Shown: piece by piece, positions 1 through 7,679 of the stretch
Position numbering within the stretch: the stretch's first letter is position 1
How the letters are laid out: each line of letters starts with the position of its first letter
Virus record (IMG/VR): IMGVR_UViG_3300029130_000025
DNA length: 38,375 bases
Reading direction: 5' to 3' (one strand)
Origin: a virus
Translations under genes and position numbers: made by a program
The notes under the pieces: generated by a model
Seen by the model: the letters and a program-made list of their open reading frames with translations, nothing else
Told to the model about the DNA's origin: nothing
The model's database searches: none

Positions 1-99
1 AGCCGGTACTGTAACGATCGGCGGGGATACAGTCACGATAAAAGCCATCGACGGAAGCGTGACGTTGGACTGTGACACGCAGAATGCTTACAAGGGAGT
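1..99. repeat. 99-bp terminal direct repeat (copy 1), circular-assembly overlap
   Basis: Read by eye as identical to 38277..38375 (agccggtactgtaacgatcgg...caagggagt). Confidence 0.9.
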
Positions 100-223
100 G
101 GCAAATAAAAACGCATCGATCTATGCGCCAACCTTCCCACGGCTCACACGCGGAGATAATGTGGTGTCATGGACCGGCGGGGTGTCAAAGGTTGAGATTG
201 TACCAAGGTGGTGGACGATATGA
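1..223 (+). CDS. Distal tail protein (Dit), 3' part, continuing from 37795..38375 across the junction
   Basis: Frame starting at base 2 reads AGTVTIGGDTVTIKAIDGSVTLDCDTQNAYKGVANKNASIYAPTFPRLTRGDNVVSWTGGVSKVEIVPRWWTI*. TGA at 221..223 overlaps the next ATG (ATGA). Joined length is 705 nt, which is in frame. Confidence 0.7.
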   Translation, partial: AGTVTIGGDTVTIKAIDGSVTLDCDTQNAYKGVANKNASIYAPTFPRLTRGDNVVSWTGGVSKVEIVPRWWTI

Positions 224-1980
224 CACCTATACTGTACAATGCCAATGAGAGAGACTTTGACCACAACGGGATTGGGGCGCTGAGCGGCTGCGTCTCTGCC
301 ACCGCGATATGGAGCCGAAATGGCGAGATGGAGCTTGAACTGGTGTACCCAATGGATGGGATACACTTTGACGAGATAAAGCTGCGCAGAATCATCCTTG
401 CCGCCCCAGATCAGCAATCCAGAGCTCAGCCATACAGGGTGTACGACATCAGTAAGCCGCTTGACGGCTTGGTCACTGTGTATGCAAGGCATGTGGCCTA
501 CGACCTGATGGGGATTGTGGATCAACCGTACACGGCGGCCAGCGTGACGGCGGCGCTAAATGGCCTACGCACAAATGCTGTGACGGATTGCCCCTTTGAC
601 TTTTGGACAGACAAGGACACTGTCGCCAAGATGGAAGTGTCTGTGCCAACGTCCGCTTGGGAGCTGCTGGGAGGCACACAGGGCGGGATCCTTGACACAT
701 ACGGAGGGGAGTATGAGTTTGACCGGTGGACGGTCAAGCTACACAAGCAGAGAGGGTATGACCGTGGGGTGGCGATCCGATACGGTAAAAATATGACCAG
801 CTTGACGCAAGACCAAAGCTGCGAGGCTGTATACACCGGGGTATACCCTTTTTGGGCTGATGTGGATGGCAACATCGTGCAACTTGACGATAGGATCGTA
901 AGTGCGCCGGGGTCGTACGGATTTACAAGGATATACCCACTTGATCTGTCGGCGGAGTGGGAAGATGAACCGACAAAGGACCAGCTAAAGGCTAGAGCGG
1001 AGCGATATATCAAAGACAACAACATTGGGGTCCCAAAGGTCTCCTTGTCCGTCGCATTTTATCCGCTTGACCAGTCCGAGGACTACCAGGGTATCGCAAT
1101 GCTGGAGCAGGTCGGCCCCTGCGACACCGTTACGGTTGAGTTTCCAAGACTTGGTGTGTCGGCTGTCGCTAAGTGCGTCGGGATAAAGTATGATGTGCTC
1201 TCCGAGCGATACGACGAGCTAGAGATTGGAGATGCCAGGACAACCCTAGCTGATACAATCGTGGCTCAGGGCCAAGAGATACAGCAGCGCCCTAGCGACA
1301 GCACCATGCGTGCAGCGGTGATGCAGCTGACGGCGGCTATCCTCGGCGCGTCTGGTGGTGCGGTCCGGCTGCTGGACACCAACAACGACGGCATGCCGGA
1401 CGAGCTATACATCGCAGACAACGATGACCCGGCAAAGGCAAAAAAGGTGTGGCGTTGGAACTATGCCGGATGGGGTGCCAGTTCCAACGGCTACAACGGG
1501 CCATTTACACTCGGCGCAACGTTGGAAGGCGGCATTGTCGCAGACTTTATCACAACCGGGACACTTAACGCAAGTCTAATCCGCGCCGGGGTGCTCACCG
1601 ATGACCGGGGGAAGAACTTCTGGAACATGGAGACCGGGGAGTTTTCCACCTCCGGCACCATTTCCTCCTATGACAGCCCGGACGGCACCCTCAGCGGATA
1701 CCTTGGCTATATGACCGGCGCCACGGAATCCGGCACCACCAGCGGCATCGGCGTGGGCAACGCCTCCGGGGACTGCTATGCCATTGCCACAGGCTCCGGC
1801 ATCCGGCTTCAGGCCGGGGACTACAGCGTTTACGTCACAAAAACCGGGGTGGCGAAGCTCACGGGCAAGGCCGGAAGCGTGCTCATCACCTCCTCCGGGG
1901 ACAAGGGCGCCGGGGTGTATATCACCGGGCGGCTGTTCCGGAGGGGCAGCGAGGGGGACGAGTGGACGAATATTAGTTGA
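220..1980 (+). CDS. Tail-associated protein / prophage tail endopeptidase-type Tal (phage minor structural protein N-terminal region)
   Basis: ATG at 220 overlaps the Dit stop. The N-terminus MTPILYNANERDFDHNGIGALSGC...ELELVYPMDG is typical of siphovirus Tal/endopeptidase tail proteins. It sits directly after Dit. Confidence 0.75.
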   Translation: MTPILYNANERDFDHNGIGALSGCVSATAIWSRNGEMELELVYPMDGIHFDEIKLRRIILAAPDQQSRAQPYRVYDISKPLDGLVTVYARHVAYDLMGIVDQPYTAASVTAALNGLRTNAVTDCPFDFWTDKDTVAKMEVSVPTSAWELLGGTQGGILDTYGGEYEFDRWTVKLHKQRGYDRGVAIRYGKNMTSLTQDQSCEAVYTGVYPFWADVDGNIVQLDDRIVSAPGSYGFTRIYPLDLSAEWEDEPTKDQLKARAERYIKDNNIGVPKVSLSVAFYPLDQSEDYQGIAMLEQVGPCDTVTVEFPRLGVSAVAKCVGIKYDVLSERYDELEIGDARTTLADTIVAQGQEIQQRPSDSTMRAAVMQLTAAILGASGGAVRLLDTNNDGMPDELYIADNDDPAKAKKVWRWNYAGWGASSNGYNGPFTLGATLEGGIVADFITTGTLNASLIRAGVLTDDRGKNFWNMETGEFSTSGTISSYDSPDGTLSGYLGYMTGATESGTTSGIGVGNASGDCYAIATGSGIRLQAGDYSVYVTKTGVAKLTGKAGSVLITSSGDKGAGVYITGRLFRRGSEGDEWTNIS

Positions 1981-2075
1981 ATGGAGTACCGGGCCTGAGC
2001 AGAAAACGGAAACGGTAGGCAGTTTTGCACGGTACAGAGGCCCCTTTGTGTAAAGGGGGCTGTCAGCTTTCGGGG

Positions 2076-2111
2076 CCCCGGCGAAGCCCAGCGTCAGCGG
2101 GTTCGCCGGGG
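2076..2111 (+). promoter_or_regulatory. GC-rich 10-bp stem-loop abutting the RBS of the receptor-binding protein gene
   Basis: ccccggcgaa (2076..2085) pairs with ttcgccgggg (2102..2111). A second hairpin is cccctt/aagggg at 2041..2058. Both lie inside an unusual 145-bp gap in the tail operon. Confidence 0.4.
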
Positions 2112-2125
2112 AGAGGAGGAGCAGA

Positions 2126-3553
2126 ATGATAAATCAAAAATACAATCTTGACATGATCCCGGGTGGCAGCGTCCCGACCATAGTCCATGTGAGCCAATAT
2201 GATGCCGGGTCCAGACACCTGACTTTTGAGCTATACAGCGGCGGGATGCTATGGGATGTGCCGGAGGGGGCCACGGTCACCATTGATGGCACCAAAGCGG
2301 ACCACAAGGCATTTAGCTACATTGCGTCGGCTTCCGGCTCTACGGTGACAGTGACAGTGACCCAGCAGATGACGGCGGCAAAGGGCTTGGCGGAGTGCCA
2401 GCTGACAGTGACCAAGGGGGACTATGTCCTGGGAAGCGCGAACTTTGTTTTGGACGTGGAGTCTTCGGCCATGCCTGCTGACCCGGATCTTTCCCAGACG
2501 GAGATCAGCAGCTTCCAGCAGCTGAAAAACGCCGCCCAGACTGCCGCCTCCAACGCCGCCACCAGCGCCAATGCCGCCGCCGCCAGCGCCGCCGAGGCGG
2601 ACGCCTACAAGCGCTGGCTGATCCCCTACGGGGCATGGCGGCGCTACGATACTCAGGTTTCCACCAACGTCCTTGCCATTGCCACCGGGGAGGGTAACAC
2701 CCTGACTGCGGAGCAAAACCAGCCTGCCACCATCATGACCGAGGACGCCTCTACCCTGACGAACAGCCCCGTGACCTCCGGGGGCTTCTGGGCCCGGCGG
2801 ACGGTGTACCCGGTCAGCAATCCCACCGGCAGTGAGCACATCACCGTGGAGCTGGAGGAATACGAGCCGGTGCTGGGCCGCCGGTGGCTGCGCACCTACT
2901 ACGCCGCCACGGGGAAGTGGAGCGAGAAATGGGTGGAGATCAGCCCGGCCTCCCCGCTGGATCAGATGGTGTCCGGTTCGTCCGCGAACATCAATGACTA
3001 CACAGGCGCTGGGCTGTACTGGCTGAACAAGACCACGGTGACCAACACCCCAAACGGCGGCACCGGCATGCTGATTGTCACCACAAGCCCCACGGGCAAC
3101 GTGATCTATCAGACCTTCGTGAGCTTCAATACGGGCAGCGGCTATGTGGCCACCCGGTGCTACACCAACAGCCAGTGGTATGCATGGGATGAGCGCCCGG
3201 CACCGGCATCTTATGTCGTTCAGGAGGGCACCTCCGGGGCGTGGAGATACCGAATCTGGAGCGACGGCAAGAAGGAGTGCTGGCTCAGCACCTCAATCCA
3301 AACGGAGATTACGTCTGCCTCTGGTAGCCTGTTCTGCTCCGGCATCATCCCGTACCCCTACCCGGTGACATTTACCGGGCATCCAACGGCTTATGTTGGG
3401 GTACGCAGTGCCTACGCCAAGCCGATCTGGGGAATCCCGTCCACACCGTCCTCCGGGACGTCTGTCACCAAGAACGCCTATCTGGAGCTGGTGACAACCA
3501 CAAGCACAGCATCCTATAAAGGGGATATTTACATCTACGCCTGCGGCGTGTAA
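2126..3553 (+). CDS. BppU-N-like baseplate upper / receptor-binding (tail fibre) protein
   Basis: RBS gaggagga. The N-terminus MINQKYNLDMIPGGSVPTIVHVSQYDAGSRHLTFELYSGG resembles the BppU N-terminal Ig-like domain. An Ala-rich coiled linker is followed by a distinct C-terminal domain. It lies after Tal. Confidence 0.6.
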   Translation: MINQKYNLDMIPGGSVPTIVHVSQYDAGSRHLTFELYSGGMLWDVPEGATVTIDGTKADHKAFSYIASASGSTVTVTVTQQMTAAKGLAECQLTVTKGDYVLGSANFVLDVESSAMPADPDLSQTEISSFQQLKNAAQTAASNAATSANAAAASAAEADAYKRWLIPYGAWRRYDTQVSTNVLAIATGEGNTLTAEQNQPATIMTEDASTLTNSPVTSGGFWARRTVYPVSNPTGSEHITVELEEYEPVLGRRWLRTYYAATGKWSEKWVEISPASPLDQMVSGSSANINDYTGAGLYWLNKTTVTNTPNGGTGMLIVTTSPTGNVIYQTFVSFNTGSGYVATRCYTNSQWYAWDERPAPASYVVQEGTSGAWRYRIWSDGKKECWLSTSIQTEITSASGSLFCSGIIPYPYPVTFTGHPTAYVGVRSAYAKPIWGIPSTPSSGTSVTKNAYLELVTTTSTASYKGDIYIYACGV

Positions 3554-3565
3554 AGGGGGAAGCTT

Positions 3566-3838
3566 ATGATAATCCTGAATGAATCCATGGAAGAGATCAC
3601 CGAGTACGATGCCGCAAAGGGCAGCCTCACGGAGACTGTGCGCATCCGCCCGGATGCGGTGCCCATCGACAACGTGACCAAATTTGCTTATGCCGATGAG
3701 GACTATGAGGCCGTGATGATCTACACGCCATATGCGGCGGATGCTGCGCCCAGCACCGAGGACACCATACTGGAGCTGACGGCGGATCATGAGTACCGGC
3801 TGTGCATGCTGGAGCTGAATGGAGGTGAAACGTTATGA
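3566..3838 (+). CDS. Hypothetical tail-module protein (position of XkdW-type proteins)
   Basis: 90-aa ORF with RBS aaggggga. Its stop overlaps the next ATG (ATGA). No domain recognised. Confidence 0.5.
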   Translation: MIILNESMEEITEYDAAKGSLTETVRIRPDAVPIDNVTKFAYADEDYEAVMIYTPYAADAAPSTEDTILELTADHEYRLCMLELNGGETL

Positions 3839-3993
3839 CGAGTGTAAAAAATCTGTGCCTGCTGCTGATCTCGCGGGGGAAAACCGATGGGCTGCAGGAC
3901 AAAATGGACGCCTATCTGGCAGCTGACCGGCTGACCGCAGAAGAGTACACGGAGCTGGCAGAAAAGCTGGCGCAAAAGGAGGAAAACGCTTGA
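3835..3993 (+). CDS. XkdX-like small protein
   Basis: 52-aa ORF, not in the track: MTSVKNLCLLLISRGKTDGLQDKMDAYLAADRLTAEEYTELAEKLAQKEENA. The ...ITAEEY...L motif and its position before the lysis cassette fit the XkdX family. Both ends overlap neighbouring genes. Confidence 0.5.
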   Translation: MTSVKNLCLLLISRGKTDGLQDKMDAYLAADRLTAEEYTELAEKLAQKEENA

Positions 3994-4229
3994 GCGACGT
4001 TTTAAGCGCGGTTATCACGGCGGTTATCACCGGCGGTGTCACTCTGGTTGGCATCCTGATTTCCAACAGCAAAAGTCAGGCGGTCACGGAGACGAAAATT
4101 GACGAGCTGACCCGTGAGGTCAGGGAACACAACAATTTCGCACGGCGCGTGCCGGTGGTTGAGGAACAAATCAGGGTGATTAACCACCGAATCAAGGATT
4201 TAGAAGATGCAGAAAAACACAACGATTAA
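3990..4229 (+). CDS. XhlA-like membrane protein (lysis-associated)
   Basis: TTG start after aggagg. N-terminal TM segment (VLSAVITAVITGGVTLVGILI) followed by a coiled coil. It lies directly upstream of the holin. Confidence 0.5.
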   Translation: MSDVLSAVITAVITGGVTLVGILISNSKSQAVTETKIDELTREVREHNNFARRVPVVEEQIRVINHRIKDLEDAEKHND

Positions 4230-4242
4230 GGAGGGCAAAATC

Positions 4243-4506
4243 ATGGATTTCGGCATTGCGGGCGTGGCGGCTATCACCGTGCTCGCCTATCTGATCGGCC
4301 AGGGGGTTAAAGCCTCCGGGCTGGCTAACAAGTGGATCCCGGTTATTTGCGGAATTACGGGTCTGGTGCTTGGCATCACAGCTCTGTACATCATGCCGGA
4401 TTTCCCGGCGGACGATCCCATTACGGCGGCGGCGATCGGGGCTGTTTCTGGTTTTGCGGCCACCGGCATTAACCAAATTGCGAAGCAGGCCAAAAAGGAG
4501 GACTGA
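4243..4506 (+). CDS. Holin
   Basis: ATG at 4243 after aaggagg. The 87-aa product has three hydrophobic segments and a charged C-terminus (KQAKKED). It lies upstream of the endolysin. Confidence 0.7.
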   Translation: MDFGIAGVAAITVLAYLIGQGVKASGLANKWIPVICGITGLVLGITALYIMPDFPADDPITAAAIGAVSGFAATGINQIAKQAKKED

Positions 4507-4509
4507 CAT

Positions 4510-4689
4510 ATGAGCTACACACCTGAGATTATGGAGTCTATCAAGGCCATGGCCTACGGCGCTACTGACAACGACCTCGTGACCAACTGCGGCATGGATG
4601 CTGCTGAGGTGGCACGCATCCGCACGGAGTATGCCGCAGACATCGAGGCCCGGAGGGCCATTTTGAAGGAGGCCGGTTATAGTGGCTAA
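4510..4689 (+). CDS. Hypothetical small protein between holin and endolysin
   Basis: 59-aa ORF MSYTPEIMESIKAMAYGATDNDL...KEAGYSG. Its end overlaps the GTG start of the endolysin. Confidence 0.4.
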   Translation: MSYTPEIMESIKAMAYGATDNDLVTNCGMDAAEVARIRTEYAADIEARRAILKEAGYSG

Positions 4690-5704
4690 AATCATCGGCA
4701 TTGATGTTTCTGAGCATAACGGTGTGGTCAATTGGTCTGCGGCAAAAAAGGCCGGTATCGGATTCGCGGTAATCCGCACCGGCTATGGCACGAGCCATGT
4801 AGATAAACAGTTCGCGGCCAATATGGCAGGAGCTGCGGCGCAGGGTATTCCCATCGGCATCTATCATTTCTCCTACGCGCTGACCGCTGCAGGGGCAAAG
4901 CAGGAAGCCGACTATGTGATCAAGCTGCTGGCGGCCTATAAAAATCAAATTACGCTACCGGTGTTTTTTGATTTTGAATATGACACTGTTGATTACGCAA
5001 AAAAGCAGGGCGTGACGCTGGGCAAGGACGCATTTAATGCCCATACCGTGGCGTTTTGTGAGCGGATCAAGGCGGCGGGGTACACCCCCGGCACATACTA
5101 CAATCTGGACTATCTCCGCAAATATGTGGACATGGATCAAGTCGGCGGGTATGTACAGTGGTATGCCCAGTATTCCAGCACGGCCAGCGCGGCGGGGCAT
5201 GACATCTGGCAGTATTCCAGCAGCTACACCATTCCGGGCTGTTCCGGCAGGTTTGACGTCAATCTACTGGAAAACACGGCGCTGCTGGGGAAAAAATACA
5301 CCCTTGGCTGGCATCAGGACAGCAAGGGGTGGTGGTATGTGGATACCGAAACTACCTATTATAAGAGCCGCTGGGCGCAGATCGGCGGCGAATGGTACTA
5401 TTTTGACGAAAAGGGGTATATGTTGATGGATACATGGAAAGTGGACAGCACCGGCACTTATTATCTGGGAGAGGACGGCAAGATGATGACGAACCGGATC
5501 GTGGGACTGGGGGCAGACGGAAAGCTCCGGCCCATGGAGCGGTATTACCATCTGCTCTCCGATCTGCCGGACTACTACCGAAAGGAGATTGACCCCTTGA
5601 TCGCCGCCGGAAAGCTCAAGGGCAAGTCCGGCAAAGGAGAAAATCTGGTGCTGGATATGCCTGAAAGCACAGTGCGAGCTATGATCATATTTAATCGAGT
5701 GTAA
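4682..5704 (+). CDS. Endolysin: GH25 muramidase plus cell-wall-binding (choline-binding-like) repeats plus a C-terminal tail
   Basis: IIGIDVSEHNGVVNW...AVIRTGYG...FFDFEYD is a GH25 signature. Aromatic repeats follow: GWWYVD..., GGEWYYFDEKGYMLMDTW, GTYYLGEDGKMMTN. Confidence 0.9.
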   Translation: MAKIIGIDVSEHNGVVNWSAAKKAGIGFAVIRTGYGTSHVDKQFAANMAGAAAQGIPIGIYHFSYALTAAGAKQEADYVIKLLAAYKNQITLPVFFDFEYDTVDYAKKQGVTLGKDAFNAHTVAFCERIKAAGYTPGTYYNLDYLRKYVDMDQVGGYVQWYAQYSSTASAAGHDIWQYSSSYTIPGCSGRFDVNLLENTALLGKKYTLGWHQDSKGWWYVDTETTYYKSRWAQIGGEWYYFDEKGYMLMDTWKVDSTGTYYLGEDGKMMTNRIVGLGADGKLRPMERYYHLLSDLPDYYRKEIDPLIAAGKLKGKSGKGENLVLDMPESTVRAMIIFNRV

Positions 5705-5716
5705 TTGGAGGTAAAA

Positions 5717-5914
5717 ATGCAGATCAAAGACTACACAAAGCCGGAATTAGATAGATTTAGAAGTTTATGTAATTTTACAGACACGGAAATGGCGTTTTTT
5801 GATCTAAGGGCAAGCGGGGCTACGCTGGATGAATGCTGCGGAGAATTGGATTATTCCATGGGTGGAATCTGCAGAATTTCCGGGAAGGTAAAAAAGAAAA
5901 TAAACAGGATTTAG
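5717..5914 (+). CDS. Small sigma-70 region-4 / LuxR-type HTH-like protein
   Basis: ATG after ggagg. FTDTEMAFFDLRASGATLDECCGELDYSMGGICRISGKVKKKI resembles a region-4 HTH. Confidence 0.4.
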   Translation: MQIKDYTKPELDRFRSLCNFTDTEMAFFDLRASGATLDECCGELDYSMGGICRISGKVKKKINRI

Positions 5915-5920
5915 GAAAAT

Positions 5921-5950
5921 AGCGCTACCGTTTGGTAGCGCTATTTTTGT
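5921..5950. terminator. Bidirectional intrinsic terminator between the convergent lysis and moron operons
   Basis: agcgctacc-gttt-ggtagcgct is followed by atttttg on + and by attttcc on the - strand. Confidence 0.8.
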
Positions 5951-5966
5951 CTGCCAGCGGATACCA

Positions 5967-6152
5967 TTATCCGCTCAGCATCGTGTGTTCCACGGCGATC
6001 CGCAGGAGGTTGATCAAGTATGGCGGAGGGTTCCGCTCACCGCCCTCCCATTTTTGCAGTGTGCGTGGATAGATTCCAAACGCTGCGGCAAATTTAACCT
6101 GAGACAGTCCGGTGCTGGCCCGGATGGATTTGATCTGTTCAGCTGGGGTCAT
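5967..6152 (-). CDS. XRE-family HTH protein, last gene of the moron operon (Aca-like / antitoxin-like autoregulator candidate)
   Basis: MTPAEQIKSIRASTGLSQVKFAAAFGIYPRTLQKWEGGERNPPPYLINLL is a classic XRE HTH. I prefer the ATG at 6152 (aggaggtg 8 nt upstream) over the GTG at 6161 used by the track. Confidence 0.75.
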   Translation of the reverse strand: MTPAEQIKSIRASTGLSQVKFAAAFGIYPRTLQKWEGGERNPPPYLINLLRIAVEHTMLSG

Positions 6153-6167
6153 TTTGCGCACCTCCTG

Positions 6168-6548
6168 TTATGCCCACATATCCGGGGCGATAATCTTACG
6201 GCCATCTTTTAACGTGTACACATAGCCTTCATATTCAAAATCGTCCAGCTGCTCTAAAAACAGCCGTGGAAGGTCTCCATCCTCATCATATATGATGTCC
6301 AAATCCGTTCCCGCTTCTCCATCCTCCAACCAGATTCGGCCGGGAATTACGGTGCGGATGTCCTTAACCGCTGCCTCGGTCACATCCTCAAACACGTCAT
6401 CGGCCTCAGGCCACGGCATTGGGAGGCCGAGTGGGCTGAGTACCGGGATTTGGTTGTCATCACAATTCCCCCAGTTAAACACGCCGACGGTGTTGCCGCT
6501 GTAAACGATGATTCCTGCCTCGTGGTTAGTTAATTCCATTAGTGTCAT
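6168..6548 (-). CDS. Hypothetical, extremely acidic 126-aa protein
   Basis: RBS aggagg lies 7 nt upstream. By my count there are 27 D/E against 7 K/R. No domain recognised. Confidence 0.7.
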   Translation of the reverse strand: MTLMELTNHEAGIIVYSGNTVGVFNWGNCDDNQIPVLSPLGLPMPWPEADDVFEDVTEAAVKDIRTVIPGRIWLEDGEAGTDLDIIYDEDGDLPRLFLEQLDDFEYEGYVYTLKDGRKIIAPDMWA

Positions 6549-6594
6549 TTTGATTTCCTCCTATTGATGGTCTACGTTTTGATGTCCTGCTATA

Positions 6595-6942
6595 TCATTT
6601 GATTACTGCAACAACGACTGCATGGCTGATAATGACCTCCTGCGGGTCGTTTCCATATCCCTCGCCCTCTCCGGCGATCAGATACATGTGTGCGCCGTCA
6701 TAGTCCTGCTGACGCGCCAGCGCCTTGCGCACCTCATCAATGTCATCCTCGTCATACCAGAGGTAGCCAAAGCCGGTAGCGCAGGTGCCTGGGAGATAGG
6801 TTTCTTCTGTGTTTTCCCAGTACAGATCACGGGAGCACCCGAGCTCGTCCCCAACATTGAGCACACGGTCATCCGTGCGGAGGCCATACACACAGTATTT
6901 GTTGTTGTTCTCGATCAGCGCATTCAAAACCAGCTCTTCCAT
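6595..6942 (-). CDS. Hypothetical, strongly acidic 115-aa protein
   Basis: RBS ggggga upstream. By my count there are 23 D/E against 8 K/R. It is the first gene behind a consensus promoter. Confidence 0.7.
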   Translation of the reverse strand: MEELVLNALIENNNKYCVYGLRTDDRVLNVGDELGCSRDLYWENTEETYLPGTCATGFGYLWYDEDDIDEVRKALARQQDYDGAHMYLIAGEGEGYGNDPQEVIISHAVVVAVIK

Positions 6943-6973
6943 TTTTGGATCCCCCTTGTTATTAACTGTCTAT

Positions 6974-7002
6974 ATTATACCGCCCAATGGGCAGTATGTC
7001 AA
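6974..7002 (-). promoter_or_regulatory. Consensus sigma-A promoter of the moron operon, with a palindrome in the spacer
   Basis: The minus strand reads TTGACA (7002..6997), a 17-nt spacer, then TATAAT (6979..6974). The spacer contains GCCCA-N-TGGGC. An A-tract-rich UP-like sequence lies upstream. Confidence 0.75.
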
Positions 7003-7038
7003 GCCTTTTTTCGAGATTTTTTGAATATTTTTTGAGCA

Positions 7039-7066
7039 ATATCTGCGCATTCCGGTTGGCAGATAT
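7039..7066. promoter_or_regulatory. Inverted repeat upstream of the accessory operon
   Basis: atatctgc (7039..7046) and gcagatat (7059..7066) are 8-bp arms with a 12-nt spacer. The repeat lies about 35 nt upstream of the first gene's ATG. Confidence 0.4.
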
Positions 7067-7098
7067 ACGCGCTAACATTAAATCAGGAGGTGAGCAAT

Positions 7099-7473
7099 AT
7101 GGCCTATGGATATATGCCGTATGGCAATCAATATGGTGGCTATACAGGGTATGGCAACCAGTATGGCGGATACAACCAACAGCCACAGCGTACAGAGGTG
7201 ATCCACGTAAACGGCCAGAATGGAGCACAGGCGCTCCAAATGGCTCCAAATAGCAGCGCTATCGTGATGGATGATACTGCACCGCTGATTTGGCTCTGTC
7301 AGACCGACGGAGCCGGTTACAAAACGGTTAGAGCATTTGATATAGCTCCACACCAGGACGCACAGACGGCATCTGTCGGTGATTTGGAAAACCGAATTAA
7401 ACGATTGGAGGAAATTGTAAATGGTAAATCCGCTGAACCAGTTTCTGCCGCAAAGCCAAAACCGGCCAAATAA
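7099..7473 (+). CDS. Hypothetical protein with a Tyr/Gly/Gln/Asn-rich N-terminal low-complexity region
   Basis: ATG lies 8 nt after caggagg. The product starts MAYGYMPYGNQYGGYTGYGNQYGGYNQQPQ, continues as a globular region and ends in a coiled segment with a Lys/Pro/Ala tail. Confidence 0.65.
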   Translation: MAYGYMPYGNQYGGYTGYGNQYGGYNQQPQRTEVIHVNGQNGAQALQMAPNSSAIVMDDTAPLIWLCQTDGAGYKTVRAFDIAPHQDAQTASVGDLENRIKRLEEIVNGKSAEPVSAAKPKPAK

Positions 7474-7636
7474 CCCAATATCTATGATTTCCAAATTCCG
7501 CGAATTTGCAGCAGGAATGACGCCAGACAGCGCACGGAAACAGGTGGAGCAGCTACTAGCCTCTGGGCAAATGTCGCAGGAGCAATTTAATCAGCTCAAA
7601 TCGCAAGCGCAAGAATTTTCGAAATTTTTGAAATAA
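7421..7636 (+). CDS. Hypothetical small Gln-rich protein, overlapping the 3' end of the previous gene out of frame (alternative start 7484)
   Basis: ATG 7421 is preceded by ggagga at 9 nt, whereas ATG 7484 has no SD. Product: ...GMTPDSARKQVEQLLASGQMSQEQFNQLKSQAQEFSKFLK. Confidence 0.5.
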   Translation: MVNPLNQFLPQSQNRPNNPISMISKFREFAAGMTPDSARKQVEQLLASGQMSQEQFNQLKSQAQEFSKFLK

Positions 7637-7679
7637 CCCCGGTGCGCAACGGGATTATATAAATTACAAAAGGAGTGAT

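Noticed and set aside
1-99. The terminal repeat as a biological direct terminal repeat, LTR or transposon end.
   Set aside because: It lies in the middle of an essential tail gene that reads through it in frame. Its size is typical of an assembler k-mer overlap.
208-219. GTG start at 208 for the Tal gene, as in the track.
   Set aside because: The ATG at 220 forms the typical ATGA overlap with the Dit stop and gives the conserved MTPILYN... N-terminus. The 4 extra codons lie within Dit coding sequence.
2126-3553. Diversity-generating retroelement or other hypervariation system acting on the receptor-binding protein.
   Set aside because: There is no reverse transcriptase gene and no template/variable repeat pair anywhere in the 38-kb genome.
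7056-7083. Sigma-A promoter TTGGCA-16-TTAAAT for the accessory operon. I also looked for sigE/sigK-type sporulation promoter matches.
   Set aside because: The predicted start would fall on or after the RBS at 7085..7090. I found no convincing CATACA-T or CATA---TA -10 element. The promoter of this operon remains undefined.
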